Made by a program: the position numbers and the translations under genes. This document shows positions 26,098-41,899 of a stretch of DNA of 64,000 nt, one piece after another. The stretch lies in assembly GCF_009914755.1 (NCBI RefSeq), contig NC_060942.1; one strand, given 5' to 3'. The notes beneath the pieces are model-generated. The model had not been told where the DNA came from. It saw only the letters and a list, made by a program, of their open reading frames with translations, and searched no databases. The first letter of the stretch is position 1, and every line of letters starts with the position of its first letter. The DNA is from the human T2T-CHM13v2.0 reference genome, Homo sapiens.

Positions 26098-27044
26098 TAG
26101 ACAGTGTTGGATCAAGGTGTAAATTCCTAAAACATTTACGTTGTTTAATCCATGCCCAAACTTGAATGCGTCATGTAGGGCTCACAGTAGATCTTACAGC
26201 CCAGACATGAAGCATTCATGATCAAAATATATTCTCAACCATAAATTACCCTGGGCTTACAATCGTCCCACCATCCTCCTATGTTTAATTGCAGGATTTC
26301 TTTCACCATCATTAATCCAATTTGGGAAAGGCTTAAAGTACTCTATTCGAGCTAAGCACCGACTGAGTTAAATGAGATGAATGTTTGGCATCTGTGGTTT
26401 ATTGCAAATTCAACAGAGGGTGATGAGATTTGCTTTATTCCCAGTCTGGCTTTATTGAGGCTTCTCTTTTTATGAAAGTAATGGGCTTTCTGCCTTTATT
26501 TCCTGTCAAAGTTCTTTAATGCTTATTACTTGATATTTATTTGTCCTTTAGCTTTCAGAGGTGGCCAGCTCCTAAGATGTTTAAATATACTGCACAGAAT
26601 TTGAATTTTCTGGGATTTTTTTCTTTTTTCTATTTTTCAAAAAGGTTAGTTCTTCGTAAGAATTATTTTACTGTTAGTGATAACAAAATGGTAAAAATAC
26701 TTCTGGGGCTTTTAACTCTGCTTAGTAAAACTATCTTTTTTGTACTTTCTTCATGATTCAAATACCACATTATATTTACTATATATGGGATGATCTTTAG
26801 ATATTAGCCAATACAATTAAAGACATATAATAATCATATTTGAAAGTATCCATTTTACAAACAACAATATCATTCTATGATTTTCTACATTTTCGTATAG
26901 AAGTCTGTCATAGGTAATGGACTTTTGGCCTATTTTGTGTCAGGCACTGAGGAAGTAAAACAAAAATATATGACATAGCTTCTGCTTTCAAGGGGTTTAC
27001 AGTCTCCCAGAAGCGAAAAGCATATAAACAAGTCATTATTATAT

Positions 27045-27600
27045 CATCTTGGCAGAGTTTTCCTGGAAAAACCGCCTGAGGCAGGATGAAGCTCTGAAGA
27101 TTTATTTGGGACATACAATCCCAGGGAAACAAGGGGAAGGAAAACTGTAAGTAAAGCTGGAGGGATGAGAAGCAATGCAAAGTGATGCATTACTGCGCTA
27201 GCAACTGCTTCATAAGGAACTCCAAAGAGACACAGCCGATCACTTTCAGGGCATTTGCTCAGCTACTCAGATGCCTCCAGACACACTCTGCACAGAGACT
27301 CTTTGCCTAGGGGAAAAAAAAAGCCCATGGAAAAAGAGGATATTTTTCTATCTGGCCTCCTCCTATTTCCCACTGGTTAACATTGACGCTGTGGAGAGTG
27401 AATTCCCCTGACCATCATCTTGCACCAGGTGCAAGCCCTTGGGCAGTCCATGGGCAGGCAGATGTGGCATGCAGCTGGTGGCCCTGTTCAGAGGTGGCCT
27501 GTAGGGTAGGGGCTGAAGCAGATCTCATAGCTCAGGAGCTCGGAGGGAGGGTGAGCCCCAAGACTGCACAGGCACCAGATGAATCGACACAAACAGGATG
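27045..27600 (-). mobile_element. ERVL solo LTR (LTR41-like)
   Basis: 'gcctgaggcaggat...tttatttggga...gaagcaatgcaaagtgatgcattactgcgctagcaactgcttca'. Confidence 0.55.
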
Positions 27601-28059
27601 GCAATGAAGACAGATAAAAATGTTAGGAAAACCCAGACAAGGAGCAACTGAGGAAAGCTGAATCTGTGACTAAAAAAGCAAATTCATGAAATTAAGTTTT
27701 TCATTGAAAGATTATATGCATATTATATACACCTCATAAAAGCTAACATGTGGCCTGGTGGTTCTTGGAATGATCCACGTTGTTCAATTTTAAGCCCTAA
27801 GTCTGTACTAATGCCATGGCTATATTTCTCTAAGAAGAAATCTCAGCTTACCTGGGGGCAGTGGGCTCAACCAAGGCTATGGTTTAGAGGAGGAACTGAT
27901 AACCCCATTGACTGCTACCATCAATCATGTCAGAAATGTCAGTCACTTTCCAATGGTGAAAATTAACACTGACCTGTTTCATTTTCTAAGACAGGTGGTG
28001 TGCCCTCTTTATCATGTCTTGCCCTTGTTCCTTTGTGATGTTTTTATTCTTTCCTAGAT

Positions 28060-28128
28060 AAATTCCCTCAGAAGAGAAAATAAGCAAAGTCAAAAATTCC
28101 CTCAGAAGAGAAAATAAGCAAAGTCAAA
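28060..28128. repeat. Perfect 34-bp tandem duplication
   Basis: aaattccctcagaagagaaaataagcaaagtcaa x2. Confidence 0.97.
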
Positions 28129-30742
28129 TATAGAATGACAGCTAGTCTATCTAGGATTTTTGGTCTCAAGATTCTATGATTTAACATAAGCTGTAGCTTT
28201 TAAAATTCAGGTGCCCCATATGGGCTGCTGATGAGAATTCAATTTGTGACTCTACTAAGTCATTCTCTCTTACTAAGTGTGTGAAAGTGTAAGTAGATTA
28301 GAAAAAGTTTAAATAGCAAAGTCAGCTTTATTAATTCAGCACAAATGGTTTGTATACATCCTGAGCACCTATGTCTTCACCATGAAAAATACATGTCTTT
28401 TTAGATTTTTTAAATTTCTATTTTTTTCTGCAACTCATACTATCCTTATTAGGCACCTATGTGCCTAATAGAACATTGAAATGTTCTACACATTATAAGT
28501 GGTTCCAAAAGAAATGAATCTCATCCTTTATAGAGCTCACTGTCTAGTTAAGGAGACAATCTAGCATCAGAATATCAAGGATGGAAGTTACTATGGAGAT
28601 TTGCTAAGGCCAAAACATTTCCCTGAAACAGTTAATAATATAACTACAGAAAATAAAAATAAGCAAAACAGACAACTGTCATAATAGTTTGAATATTTGA
28701 GAATGCCTGTTTGAGAAGTTGAAGGAGATTAATAGAAGTAGTGAGTGAGCTGCAACCTGAAGAATGCCCAGATCTTAAATGTATAAAGCAGGAAGGCAAA
28801 GGACAGCCCAGTTACAATAAAAGAGCATGCGCAAAGGAACCCAGAAAAAAATGAACCCAACAAGGTCTCAAGACAATGGGGACACAATCCAAAGCAGTGG
28901 GCAGAGCAGAGGGTGCTGGTTGGGGAAGAACAGGGAATAAAACTGGTAGGATGAGAGGGGGAAAGATTTGAAAATCCAACCCACTATGACATAGATTTTT
29001 AAACACACATTAAACCCTATAGACTAATTCTCCAGCTAACTTTTTTCAACCTTGATAACCTTCCAGAAGTCCAAACTCAAATCACTAATGGTATAGTGAA
29101 TGGCAAGACCTGAAGTAGGTGCCTGAAAACAGGAAAAGCCTATATAATTCCAAGCGACAGTATGGATAACACTGCATCATCTAGACTATGCACTCCTGTG
29201 TATTTTAAGAATCCCTGGAATAATGATTTATATATTCAGAAAGCACAGATTTTAACCAGGGGTCTCCACTTTTCTTTCCCAACACACACGCATGACTTTT
29301 GGGGGGAAAAATGCCTAAGACCATTTACTAAGATGCAAAACATTCTCTCTCTCGTGGCATGGGGAAAATTGCATCTATTGACCCTTCTTCGTGTTTCTAA
29401 GGTTTTTATTAACAAAGCATGGAAATAAATTCTTTGTAACTTCAATCTGAACTTTTATTATTGGGATCTCATCTTCACATATGATGTTCTCTTAATTGCT
29501 GGAATCTAGGAGGTAATTTTAATTCTAGATTATTGTAACTTGAACATGACCCAGGTAAATTATACATACATGGTAAATCTCATGGATAGTGTTACTGAAA
29601 ATCTTTAGAAAGTAGACATGTGGTTTGCAGGAGACTCATACCCACAGAAGACTTTAGACGTAATTACTGCTTTTCTGATGTTATTTGGTCTGGAATTTGA
29701 TGACAAACTGAAGCCACATTCTGCTACCACCTGAAAAGATACGTTGATGGTTGGGCCTTGGCCAGGCCACTTATTGGCCTGATGACACATTGACAAATAT
29801 AACCCCAAAGTGAGTGTTCATGGCAAAGCAAGAATTGCCATTTGTGGTGGTGCATGGACCCTTGTGCGCTTATGTGGCCTCACCCCCAGCCTCCTGCTAT
29901 CAAATACAAGGAGCCCATTGGCTCCCCACTCTCCAGGTTGACTGCTGTTTGAACACAAGAGCTGAGGGGAAGCTGAGGACCTGTACCCATTCATTTACCT
30001 GATTCCTTATGTCTTGCTTTTTTTTGCAAAGCTTCTTTGCCAATTTTGTAGTAACCCCACATGAATGGAAATGAAGCCACATCCAAGTTATCACTCTCAT
30101 TAGACTTGAAAATAGGATTTGAATTTGTGTTCTTTCATAATAAATTCTACTGAGCCTTTAAGATTGTTAGCTATTTTTTGAATAATAGTATTTAATTAAA
30201 TAAACAGTTATTTATTTCAGCTGCTACATATCAATCACTGAGCTAGAAAATGGGAAACCCAAAGATTAATAATTAATATAGGAACTTGCGGCCTACTGGA
30301 AGGGACAGACAAATAAATGTACTTTTTAGTGATTTGCATTGAGTCCAATGGGAACTCAGAGTCACCTCGCCCAACCAGTGGAGAAGAGAGCAGAAGACCT
30401 GAGGGAGGTAGGAAGAAAAGATGATGCTTGAGTCAAGCTTTTGCATCAATAGTTGTGAGTAAATGGGGACAAAAGATATTCCTGAAGGAAAAGCATAAAC
30501 TGAACAAAGGACTCAATAACCAGCATGGTGTGTGCAAAGAAGCAGAAGCCATGTGCCCACCTAATGCTTGAAATATGAGGTAGGGTAGACAGAAGATGAA
30601 GTCTTGTTTGGTCCATGATGGGCTTTGTGTTTTATCCCATCAGTGATGAGGAGTCATGGAAGGTGTTGTGTAATGTAATTAGTGTTACCACTGGACAATG
30701 AGTTACCTGGGTAGATGAGCTCAGTGACAGTTCTAGTTAGAT

Positions 30743-31031
30743 TTCTTTTTTTAAACAATTTCGCTTTGTTGCCCAGGCTGGAGTGCACTGGCATGATCTC
30801 GGCTCACTGCAACCTCCACCTCCCGAGTTCAAGCAATTCTCGTGTCTCAGCCTCCTGAGTAGCTAGGATTACAGGCACCCACCGCCATGCCCAGCTGATT
30901 TTTTGTATTTTAGCAGAGATGGGGTTTCACCACGTTGGCCAGGCTGGTCTCAAGCTCCTGAGCTCAGGCGATCTGCCCGTCTCAGCCTCCCAAACTGCTA
31001 GGATTACAGGCATGAGCCACTGTGCCCGGCC
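30743..31031 (-). mobile_element. Alu (AluS/J)
   Basis: Antisense Alu. TSD tctagttagat on both sides. Confidence 0.96.
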
Positions 31032-31123
31032 TCTAGTTAGATCATGGTAAGAAGAAAAGATTTGTGACAATCTCTGACACATTAGTACCGCACTGTCCTT
31101 TCCAAAAGAGTTCATTTTCTTTC

Positions 31124-31129
31124 GTGTGT

Positions 31130-31168
<39 letters not shown>
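31124..31168. repeat. (GT)n microsatellite
   Basis: About 22 GT units with one interruption. Confidence 0.97.
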
Positions 31169-31171
<3 letters not shown>

Positions 31172-31304
31172 GACAGATAGACTAATCTGTATCTCATAGC
31201 CTCTGGAAAACCATCTTTAAGATTTATAAGAATTTGAATCTGAAAGTCAGCTGATTTAAAAAATAAAAACATAAAACATTTTATGATTTAAACGTTTTAC
31301 AATC

Positions 31305-31613
<309 letters not shown>

Positions 31614-33809
31614 TTATAATTCTGAGAGTATATAATTCCAGATATACTGTACACAAAGAAGGACACAAACCAGTATCTGTTAGGGAATGGTGAGTTATAA
31701 ATTGCTACTGAAACAGAAACTGGCCCTGATAATACAGCATACATTAAATATCAGAATCTTCACAAGTATTAATAACATTCAGGGTCCACCTAGTCCAGGT
31801 ATCTAAATATAACAATCCCTGGGGGTTCTTTTAGCTGAGTACCATGAGTAGGTCAGAACAGCTCACTGGGAATGATTCAACCCTCACTCATAGACCAAAT
31901 TAAAAAAATACACACAAATGAAAGTAATAAGCAAGAAGTTTCTGAAATTGACGTTCAAGACCTCTGAATACAACGGCAAGCACATTAGCTAGTGTGACTA
32001 ATAGCACAGCCTCAGTTGGGGCTCATCTGGGACCATCTTCCTTGGTAGCCCCAGATCTGCTGACTCTCTCTGTGCTATGCCGCCTTAGCACTGATGTTAC
32101 CACATTTCAGTGTGATTAGCCTTGGTATATGGAATTATTCGAAGTTCCTCTTTACCTGTTGATTTATACTGAAACTGTGTTTCATTCTGATATGCTCTGC
32201 AAAATGCTTGCAGTCTGCTTTACTCCTCAACTCTTGGGATAGCTTTTATCTGCCTGCTGGTCTAGATAGCTCTAACGTGAATGTCATGTGCAGAAATCTC
32301 TGCTCTGACAGCTGCATTCTCTCTGGGGTGTTAAGGCTGAGAGGAAGGTTTAATCTGTTCCCTTGCCAGGAATAGTCTCCATGGTATTGAGGCTTTAGTT
32401 ATAAAAAGAGACCTACAATGCATATGCCCCCTACCTTATATAATCCTTCTCCAGGTGTAAAAATTCATAGACAATACTGCATTCACCATACTTACTACAC
32501 TCTGTTTTCCCAATTTCTCCTCAATGTGACATACTTAATCTTGTTATAAAAATTATGGTCTTTTAAATGTATCACTAAGGAATTCAGCTTTTAGAAACCA
32601 TTCTCCAGCTTTTCCAGGAAAAGAGATATGGCTCAACCCTGTAGTTTTTACATACTTAACCTTGGAACCCTGTGCAATACGGCTCAGTCTCTAAGCCCCA
32701 TCTTACCAGAAGCCAAATCTACCCAGGATAGGCTTAATTCTAAATATTAAGTTTCTAAATACTGACCTTTGATATCTAGTTTTAGTATTTGATTCATGCT
32801 TTCTATGCTGTGTGGGAAGCTTCCCGGTTATCCAAAGCTGATTTTGGATTCTTATCTTCAAAATTCTGCATTGGTTAATAACTATCGGTATAGTTATATC
32901 TGCCATTGCTCACTTTTGTTCTCAGTTGAAGAACAGATTGAGTTGCTTAATAATTAAGCAGATTTTGTTCCACATATTCACCTTTTTTGACCAGAAATTC
33001 AGAGGCCAGAATTCTATTGCTGCTCTGGTAAAATGCCCAGGCAGGACAACTATCCTCACATGATCTAAATAGAGAGGAGGAAAAAGGTCCTTATCCTACA
33101 AAGCCCAAAGTCAAGAAGCTCTGTTCTCTCAACTCCATTGTCATTGAAAATCTTCAAACCTCCAACAAAATTTTGTGACATTTCTGACACTCTGTGAGTT
33201 GCAGAAACATCTGTGTAAGTGTTTCTAAACAACCACCTCTTCAGACTTGGAGACTTTCACAAGAATTCTACCAGTTCTGACTTTAGTGTCTTAAGGATGG
33301 AGCTCTATTACTGAAAAAGAACACTTCTTATGGGATCTGGCCTTGACTTCTTACAAGCTTTTTCTGTGACATTGCCAACTAATCTGCTTCTAGCTTCTAT
33401 AAATGTGGGTGCTAATAAAATCTGACCCACTTCTGCATGGGGATGTTGTGATGCCAATCGATGCACATAGAAATACTTCAGACAACACATAACTCAATGT
33501 TATAGCATCAGCATTACTGCGATAGTAAACATAAGTTGCCAGCTTGGTGAGGGAATATGTTAAGCCGGTGTGATAAATGAGAGGCTAAAGACCCACACAG
33601 GAGTTACCTCTTCTCCTTCCCGCTGCCTGGCTTTGATCCTCCCTCAAAGACAGAAACTATTAGAGCTAACCTTTAAAAAGAGAGATGCACAAATGCACCC
33701 TCTCTGGCTATCACAAAGAGTTCTAAGTTGGTCTGAAATAAAGCACAGATCTTTGTTATTATAAGAATCTTCCTTGTTATATTAGTCATTTCACCCCAGA
33801 GATGAAAGT

Positions 33810-33980
33810 GATTCTAGCAGCCATCTATATATCTCATTTAACCGCCTCATTTTGTACATGAGGAAATCAAGTCTTGTGGAGGTAAAGTCACGGGCCAAAA
33901 ACTACAAAGCTACTGAGTAGCACAGCTGAAAGTAGAATCCAAGTGCCTGGATTCCTGGTCCTGTGCCTTCTCCACTATAA
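33810..33980 (-). mobile_element. MIR/MIR3 fragment
   Basis: 'cctcattttgtacatgaggaaatcaagtc...ggtaaagtca'. Confidence 0.7.
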
Positions 33981-34044
33981 TCATTGCCTGTATCGTCCAC
34001 AGTTGCTGCATTATTTTTAAATAGATAACAGAAAAGGCAATGAA

Positions 34045-35160
34045 TGCATGTATTCCTTTACTCAACACGTATTTATTGAGTGTTCACTATGGGCCAGGCA
34101 TATTCAAGACACCAGAGATACAATAGTTAACAAAACACACAAATTTTCTGCCTTCAAAGAGCTTATACTTTTGAGAGAGGGGAGGGAGAGAGAGACAGAG
34201 AGAGAGAGAGAGAAGCAATTGCTAAGGAAAAATAAATAAATTAATCACAGAAGGAAAATATGGGGAAAGGAAATAAAATTCCTAAACAGGGCAGCCAGGG
34301 AAGGTGACTGTAAGTAAAGACCTGAAGGAAGTGAGAAAAGTAGCCATGCAAATATAGAGGGGACAAGCATTCCAGACAGGAAGTAACAAGAGCATAGGTC
34401 CTGAGGTAGCAGCTCCTGGTGGGGTTCAGGGAACAGGAAGGAGGCCAGTGTGGCAGGTGTGAGTCAATGAGGAGAGAGGCAATGAAGCCAGAAAGGTTGG
34501 ACGGGAGACAAGTTTGCAGAGCCGCTTCATAGGTCAGTAAGGACTGCAACTGAGTCGGATGGGAAGCCTTAGAGCAGTAACATGACCAGACTTTCATTTG
34601 AACAGGATCACTGTGGCGAGGTGCTGAGAAAGAGGACAAGCATAGGCACAGGATGGATGAACTGCTGTAAAAATCCAGGGGAGAGACGACGGTGGTTTGG
34701 ACCAGGATGGTAGAACTGGGGTGATACCTGGTAGAGTAGACAGAATATGCTGATGAGCCACACGCAAGGTATGAGAGAAAAAGAGGTATTAAGCATGACA
34801 CCACAGGTTTTGCCTTGAACAACAAGGAGGACAGAGTTGCCATTAGCTGAGTCAGGAAGAATTACGGGGAAAGCTGATTTGGGAAGGGGGTACCGAATAG
34901 CAAAAGCTCCATTCTGGACATAAATTTGAGGAGCTCATTAGACATCAGTGTAGAGATGTCAACTGGGTGGTCGAATATGTAAGTTTAGAGTCCAGAGGAA
35001 AAATGCTAACTGAAAGTATAAATTTAGGAGTGAAGCAAAAAAAGGTAGTTAAAGCCATGAGAAGGCATGAGATCACCGGGGGAGAGTGAGGATAGATAGA
35101 GAGAAGAGGCTCGATTACTGAGCCCCAGGGTTCTCCAACATTTAAATGTGGAGAAGATGT
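34045..35160 (-). mobile_element. L2 (L2a-like), ~1.1 kb, containing (GA)n at 34175-34213
   Basis: 3' end 'tcaacacgtatttattgagtgttcactatgggccaggca'; internal 'aggatcactgtggc...ggtggtttggaccaggatggtag...gagttgccattagctgag'. Confidence 0.9.
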
Positions 35161-35619
35161 GCTAAAATAAAAATATCAGGGAGCTAGAAAAGCAGCAAAA
35201 TAATTATGGCCTATTCTCTCTGAATGAGTTCCCATCTCCATACTGCACATCCTTTTATGCCTAAATTCTTCTTCCCTTTTATTAACTCATTTTTGTAAAT
35301 TGTATCACTCCATTTTATTATTTATCTTACTCGTCAGTCTTCACTGCAAAGGACTCCTAATGTTTTTCAAAATCCAAATCCCCTCCCACTTTCTGAAAGA
35401 AGACATTTGCTGCCATCAAATACATTCAGAAGACTATGCCACAGGCTCTGAAGTCTCTTCAACATGGGGAGATACAAAGATGAACAAATAAAGTATTTGT
35501 TGTCAAAGACATTATTATAAAAGTGTATAGTTTCCCCAGATGATTATTTGAAGGAGGAAATGGCCATTTGTATATATATTTCTATATATTTCTATTTATG
35601 TGTGTGTATGTATACACAC

Positions 35620-35850
35620 ACAACAAATATTTATTCAATGCTTGCTAGGTGCCAGCTATTCTGTTAAGTGTGTTGTTACGTATATGCATTCTCTCAATGT
35701 CCTCCCAATAATCCCAAAAGGTAAGTACTATTATTATCTACATTCTAGAGGTGAGGAAAATGAGGCTTTCAGATGCTAAATAACTTGCCACGTTTATCAG
35801 GTTTAAGAGGTACTGAATCTAGACAGTTTGCCTCCTGAGCCCCTACTTCT
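35620..35850 (-). mobile_element. MIR
   Basis: 'ggtaagtactattattatctacattctagaggtgaggaaaatgaggct...aaataacttgcc'. Confidence 0.8.
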
Positions 35851-36611
35851 TAAAGTTTTGCCCAGAATTCTAAGCTGGCCACCAGTGCAGAAGACGGATT
35901 TGAGCCCATGCAGCTGTCTTGCTTGGTCTGCATGGTGTTTGTTTTGTTTTTAAATGGACTTTGAATGCCTTCAGGGGATGCACACATTCAGTAATCACAG
36001 CCCACACCAGTCATTACAGCCTTCATTTTTACCCTTCATCATTTAACTTAGCAGCTGCACCGAGTGCATTGGAGTTGTTGACCCTTGCTCTACCATCCTT
36101 CTTCCCTCGATCTTTAACAGGCTCAACATTACTTTCAGTCCAGCACATTTATGCCCTACTTCTTGCATATTCACACATACCCACACATACACCACGCATC
36201 CCAACACCAACGCAAATACCTCCAACACTGCCATCAGGAGAAATAAAACAAAATAGGATTGTTCTTTCTTTCCATCCTTGATATTTTCCCCTATGAAAGT
36301 CATTTGTAATGTTTAAGGTCCTCTCCCAAATTTACCCCTCCCAATCTAATTCAAATCCAACTCCCACAATGTAAAGGCAAACTTGTTTTTTGCCTAGAAA
36401 CACAGGACTATGCCCCGGTGATGTTTTGTAACAGGAGGGACCCATCCTCCGAGAGCTGCATCATTCATCATTTGTTGGCTGTTGTTATACCTCTCAACTC
36501 TGAGCGGCGGATTAGGACACACACGCATGTTCTAGTGAGGCTGAATTCAAGTCATTTTTGTTTTGAAATGGCAATGCCTATGTTAAGAAGAGTTGCCTTA
36601 TGAAGTCATTC

Positions 36612-36930
36612 TTTTTTTTTTTTTTTGAGATGGAGTTTTGCTCTTGTCGCCCAGGCTGGAGCACAAGGGCAGTACATCCGCCCGCTGCAACCTCCGCCTC
36701 CTAGGTTCAAGCAATTCTCCTGCCTCAGCCTCCCGATTAGCTGGGATTACAGGCACGTGCCACCATGCCCTAATTTTGTATTTTTAGTATTTTTGTGTGT
36801 GTGTATTTTTAGTAGAGACGGGGTTTCACCATGTTGGCCAGGCTGGTCTCAAATTCCTGACCTCAGGTGATCCACCCGCCTCGGCCTCCCAAAGTGCGGG
36901 GATTACAGGCGTGCGCCACCGCGCCTGGCC
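36612..36930 (-). mobile_element. Alu (AluS) with duplicated central linker
   Basis: Antisense Alu. 'gtatttttagta' is repeated around a (GT)n filler. TSD atgaa(g/c)tcattct. Confidence 0.96.
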
Positions 36931-37559
36931 ATGAACTCATTCTCAATTGCATGTCCATTACACAGTTAGCACATAAGAAGATTTTCTTAAATCGTCTGTG
37001 TCAAGAAGTTAACAGAGTTCTTTAGCTATTTCTGACTCGTAAGTGCTAAGGTTCTGTCTCCTTAGAATAGGGGAGAAAAATCTGAGTTCTTTTTGTAACT
37101 ATTAGTATTTTTTTGTTTCTTTAAAGAAAGCAGGAAGACACTTTAACAAAAGCCCAATAGAAATCATGTTTTCTGTAAAAGGAAATGATGAAAATGAAGA
37201 GTTTGTTTGTGGACCTAAACTCTTGGAATATTGTATCATCAAGGTATTAGAACCAGTTTTCCAGAAGCTACTCTTTGTGTTGAGGGTTTCAGCAGAGCAG
37301 AGATAAAACCAGGTGCTGAGCACTAAATTAGGTCAGCTGAGCTCCTAGTCTAATGCACTGATGTTTGCAGCAGGGGCAGTTATTAACCTCAACAGGGTTT
37401 GGGGGTGGGGGTCATTGGCAGGGAAATGATTGGATTTCCCTTCCCTTTATACATTGATATGCACAAGATTAATTAGCCTTAAACCTCAAGACTCACTATG
37501 TTTCATCATTCAATTCACTAATGAGAACACCAGGATTCATCCTCATTAGAATTTGTCAA

Positions 37560-37790
37560 ATACTTCACAATTTTTTTAAAACCAATACATTTGGCCAAGT
37601 TTCCACACCCATTAGCAGATATGATTTGTAAAATAGTTCTGCCAATAAAGAGCCATTTCATTATCCCCATTTCATACATGAGGAAAGTCCAAGAACCCAG
37701 TAACACTCCCGAGATCACACAGCTGCGAGGAATAATAGAGCAGGAATTCCAACTCACGTTTTGTAGTCCAACTCCCATGTTCTTTCCATG
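37560..37790 (-). mobile_element. MIR
   Basis: 'ttatccccatttcatacatgaggaaagtc...gagatcacacagct'. Confidence 0.75.
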
Positions 37791-38159
37791 AGTTATCATT
37801 TGTTGGCTGCTCTGATTTTAATGATTGAATAACGAGATGTGTGGCCCACAGTCTCATCACTCACAGTCCACCATCTGTATTAAAAATGGGCTAGGAGAAT
37901 GGAAAACAGTCTTGCCAGGATATGACAACTTTCCCCTGGTCAGAATATGGATATAGAAAGTTCCAACAGTTTGTTCCTAAGCTGCTAACACAGTTTTTCC
38001 CATGAAACACTACCACTGCATGATGTTACACAAAGAGAGGTTTTGTGATCCCATTTCCTAGTACATCATCAATGTCCTACTGTGCTCCATGATCCTCTAG
38101 AAAAGGGTATCACAGTGAGTGTATTCCAAGTATTGTACTGAGCACCTGGATAGATTCGT

Positions 38160-38255
38160 GTACCATGGATGCTCTGCAGGGTCCTTGTGAACCCCTGAAA
38201 CTCACTAAATTCAGGGAAATTTTCCCTATGGAGCATTTCTCATAGCTTGAGAAAC
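38160..38255. mobile_element. hAT-Charlie fragment (MER103-like)
   Basis: 'ccatggatgctctgcagggtccttgtgaacccctgaaa'. Confidence 0.45.
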
Positions 38256-39069
38256 ACTGTTTAGGGCAATTGGTAGTAAACTTTTAGAATTCACTCATCT
38301 GAAATTTAGTGTAGAACAAAAACTATAAATAGATTCAGAAACACCTCTGAATGAATTTATGAATGGCATATTTATCATCAATTACTCAGGGGAACCAGGA
38401 ATGGCATGACCCGAATGTCCAAGGCAGATGTCAGAATTCTCAGTCCATTTCCAACCTGCCCCTCCATGCAGCTTGGTGAGATGGTGCTCCAGGTCGTGTG
38501 GTCAAAGGCTGACTCAGGATGACAGCTCTTGTGTTCTCAACTCAAATTTCCTTCAGGCTGCCACGCAGCTCTGTATTTATTCTTGTTAGTGATAATGAGA
38601 TGAACCCAAGGCTTAAAAATAATTGTGTTTAAATTTAGACTTATCTACATGGAGAATGTCTCTCCAAACCTCAATATATTCTTTTGAACTAACAGTTATT
38701 ATTTTTTCCTCCTTTTCTTTCAGTGATGAACAAAATTAGAAAGTAAAATTTTATAAGAAATATTTTGTAAAGTCCCTTTCTTAACCCAAAATGAAATCCA
38801 TAGATAATATATCTTATGTATACATACATAATCTTTTGTAAATCAATAACATATTCTAATCATACTACAAATGAGAAATAATAATTTCCAATGAGCTGAA
38901 CGTCAACATATAAATGCTCAAGCAATGCAACATTTCAAGATGTGAAGAATTTCTGATTTGTGCTCACTACATAACAATAGCCCCACCTTCATTATGACAA
39001 GTCAGAATACATCCTCTCAGCTTCAAAATGCCTTCTCGGTATCCCTTTTTTCCTCATTTAGAATCAATG

Positions 39070-39590
39070 TATTAAAGAATTTTAAGTAGGAAGCAAAAGG
39101 TTTTTATTACTTCCTTTAAAATAAATCACTTAGGCTGTTGTGTGGAGAATGAACAGAAGAGGGGCAAGAGAGAAAATGCAGAGACCCACTAGGAGGCCAC
39201 ACAGTGATCCCAACAAAAAGATGCTACTTTCATGCTACTAACAACTGAATCTGCAGTCTTCTCCCTGCATCCAGATGCCTATTAGACATCTCTATTTGAA
39301 GATGCTGGTGCTTTGTGAAATATTTCAATCTCCAAATTAAATTTTAGATTTCCCTCATTCTTCTACAACAAACTGCATCTCTTATTTTCTCATCATACCA
39401 GTCTTACATTTCTGCAACATCTCTTGAACTTTCACCTTCTTTTGTATCCAATCCCAGCCTCGTTCTTCTAGCCAGAAATAATAACAGACTCTTGGCTGGA
39501 CGACTGCCTTGTATCTCCAGTTGCAATCCACTCTATAAGCAGCTTCTAGAACAATCTCTCTTAAATACCAACATCTATACATCATTCACT
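39070..39590. mobile_element. Two oppositely oriented L2 fragments
   Basis: Antisense 'atcacttaggctgttgtgtggagaatgaacagaagaggggcaagag', then sense 'gcctattagacatctctatttg...caatccactctataagcagc'. Confidence 0.6.
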
Positions 39591-39893
39591 TCTACAACCA
39601 CTATCTTACCCTGGCATTTGCAAGATTGACTGGAGCTTCACATGGCATAGTGTGACCATGGAACACAAAAAGGGTCAAACCCATTGTTAAGGTGTTCTAA
39701 CCATCCAAGTTATCCATCCAATGGGATGTCTTCCCCATTCCTCCTCTCCATTGCCTGCTATCTTTTGCAATTTCTTACATCATCTTACCTCTGAGACCTA
39801 ATGACTCACTGCCACCGCCAGCACTCTGAAAAAGCAAGAATATTTCATTCTTTCCCTCTTAACTTAGACACACACACAAACAGTAGGTTCTCA

Positions 39894-41163
<1,270 letters not shown>

Positions 41164-41214
41164 AAGAGTGTTCATGACCTTCCAAGCCAGCTGCTCAGTC
41201 TACTGTGGCACAGC

Positions 41215-41899
<685 letters not shown>

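Noticed and set aside
26037-28128. 30-34 bp direct repeats as CRISPR-like units
   Set aside because: Only two adjacent copies each, no spacers, no cas genes, and a primate genomic context.
32814-32897. Short palindromes (gggaagcttccc; ataactat-cggt-atagttat)
   Set aside because: Stems of 6-8 bp are within chance expectation, and there is no pre-miRNA-length hairpin.
34241-34843. Longest ORF (200 aa)
   Set aside because: Lies entirely within an L2 element, has Ser/Leu/Cys-rich random composition and no recognisable domain.
36467-37809. Shared 15-mer atcatttgttggctg
   Set aside because: A 15-bp match is expected by chance in a 64-kb AT-rich window.
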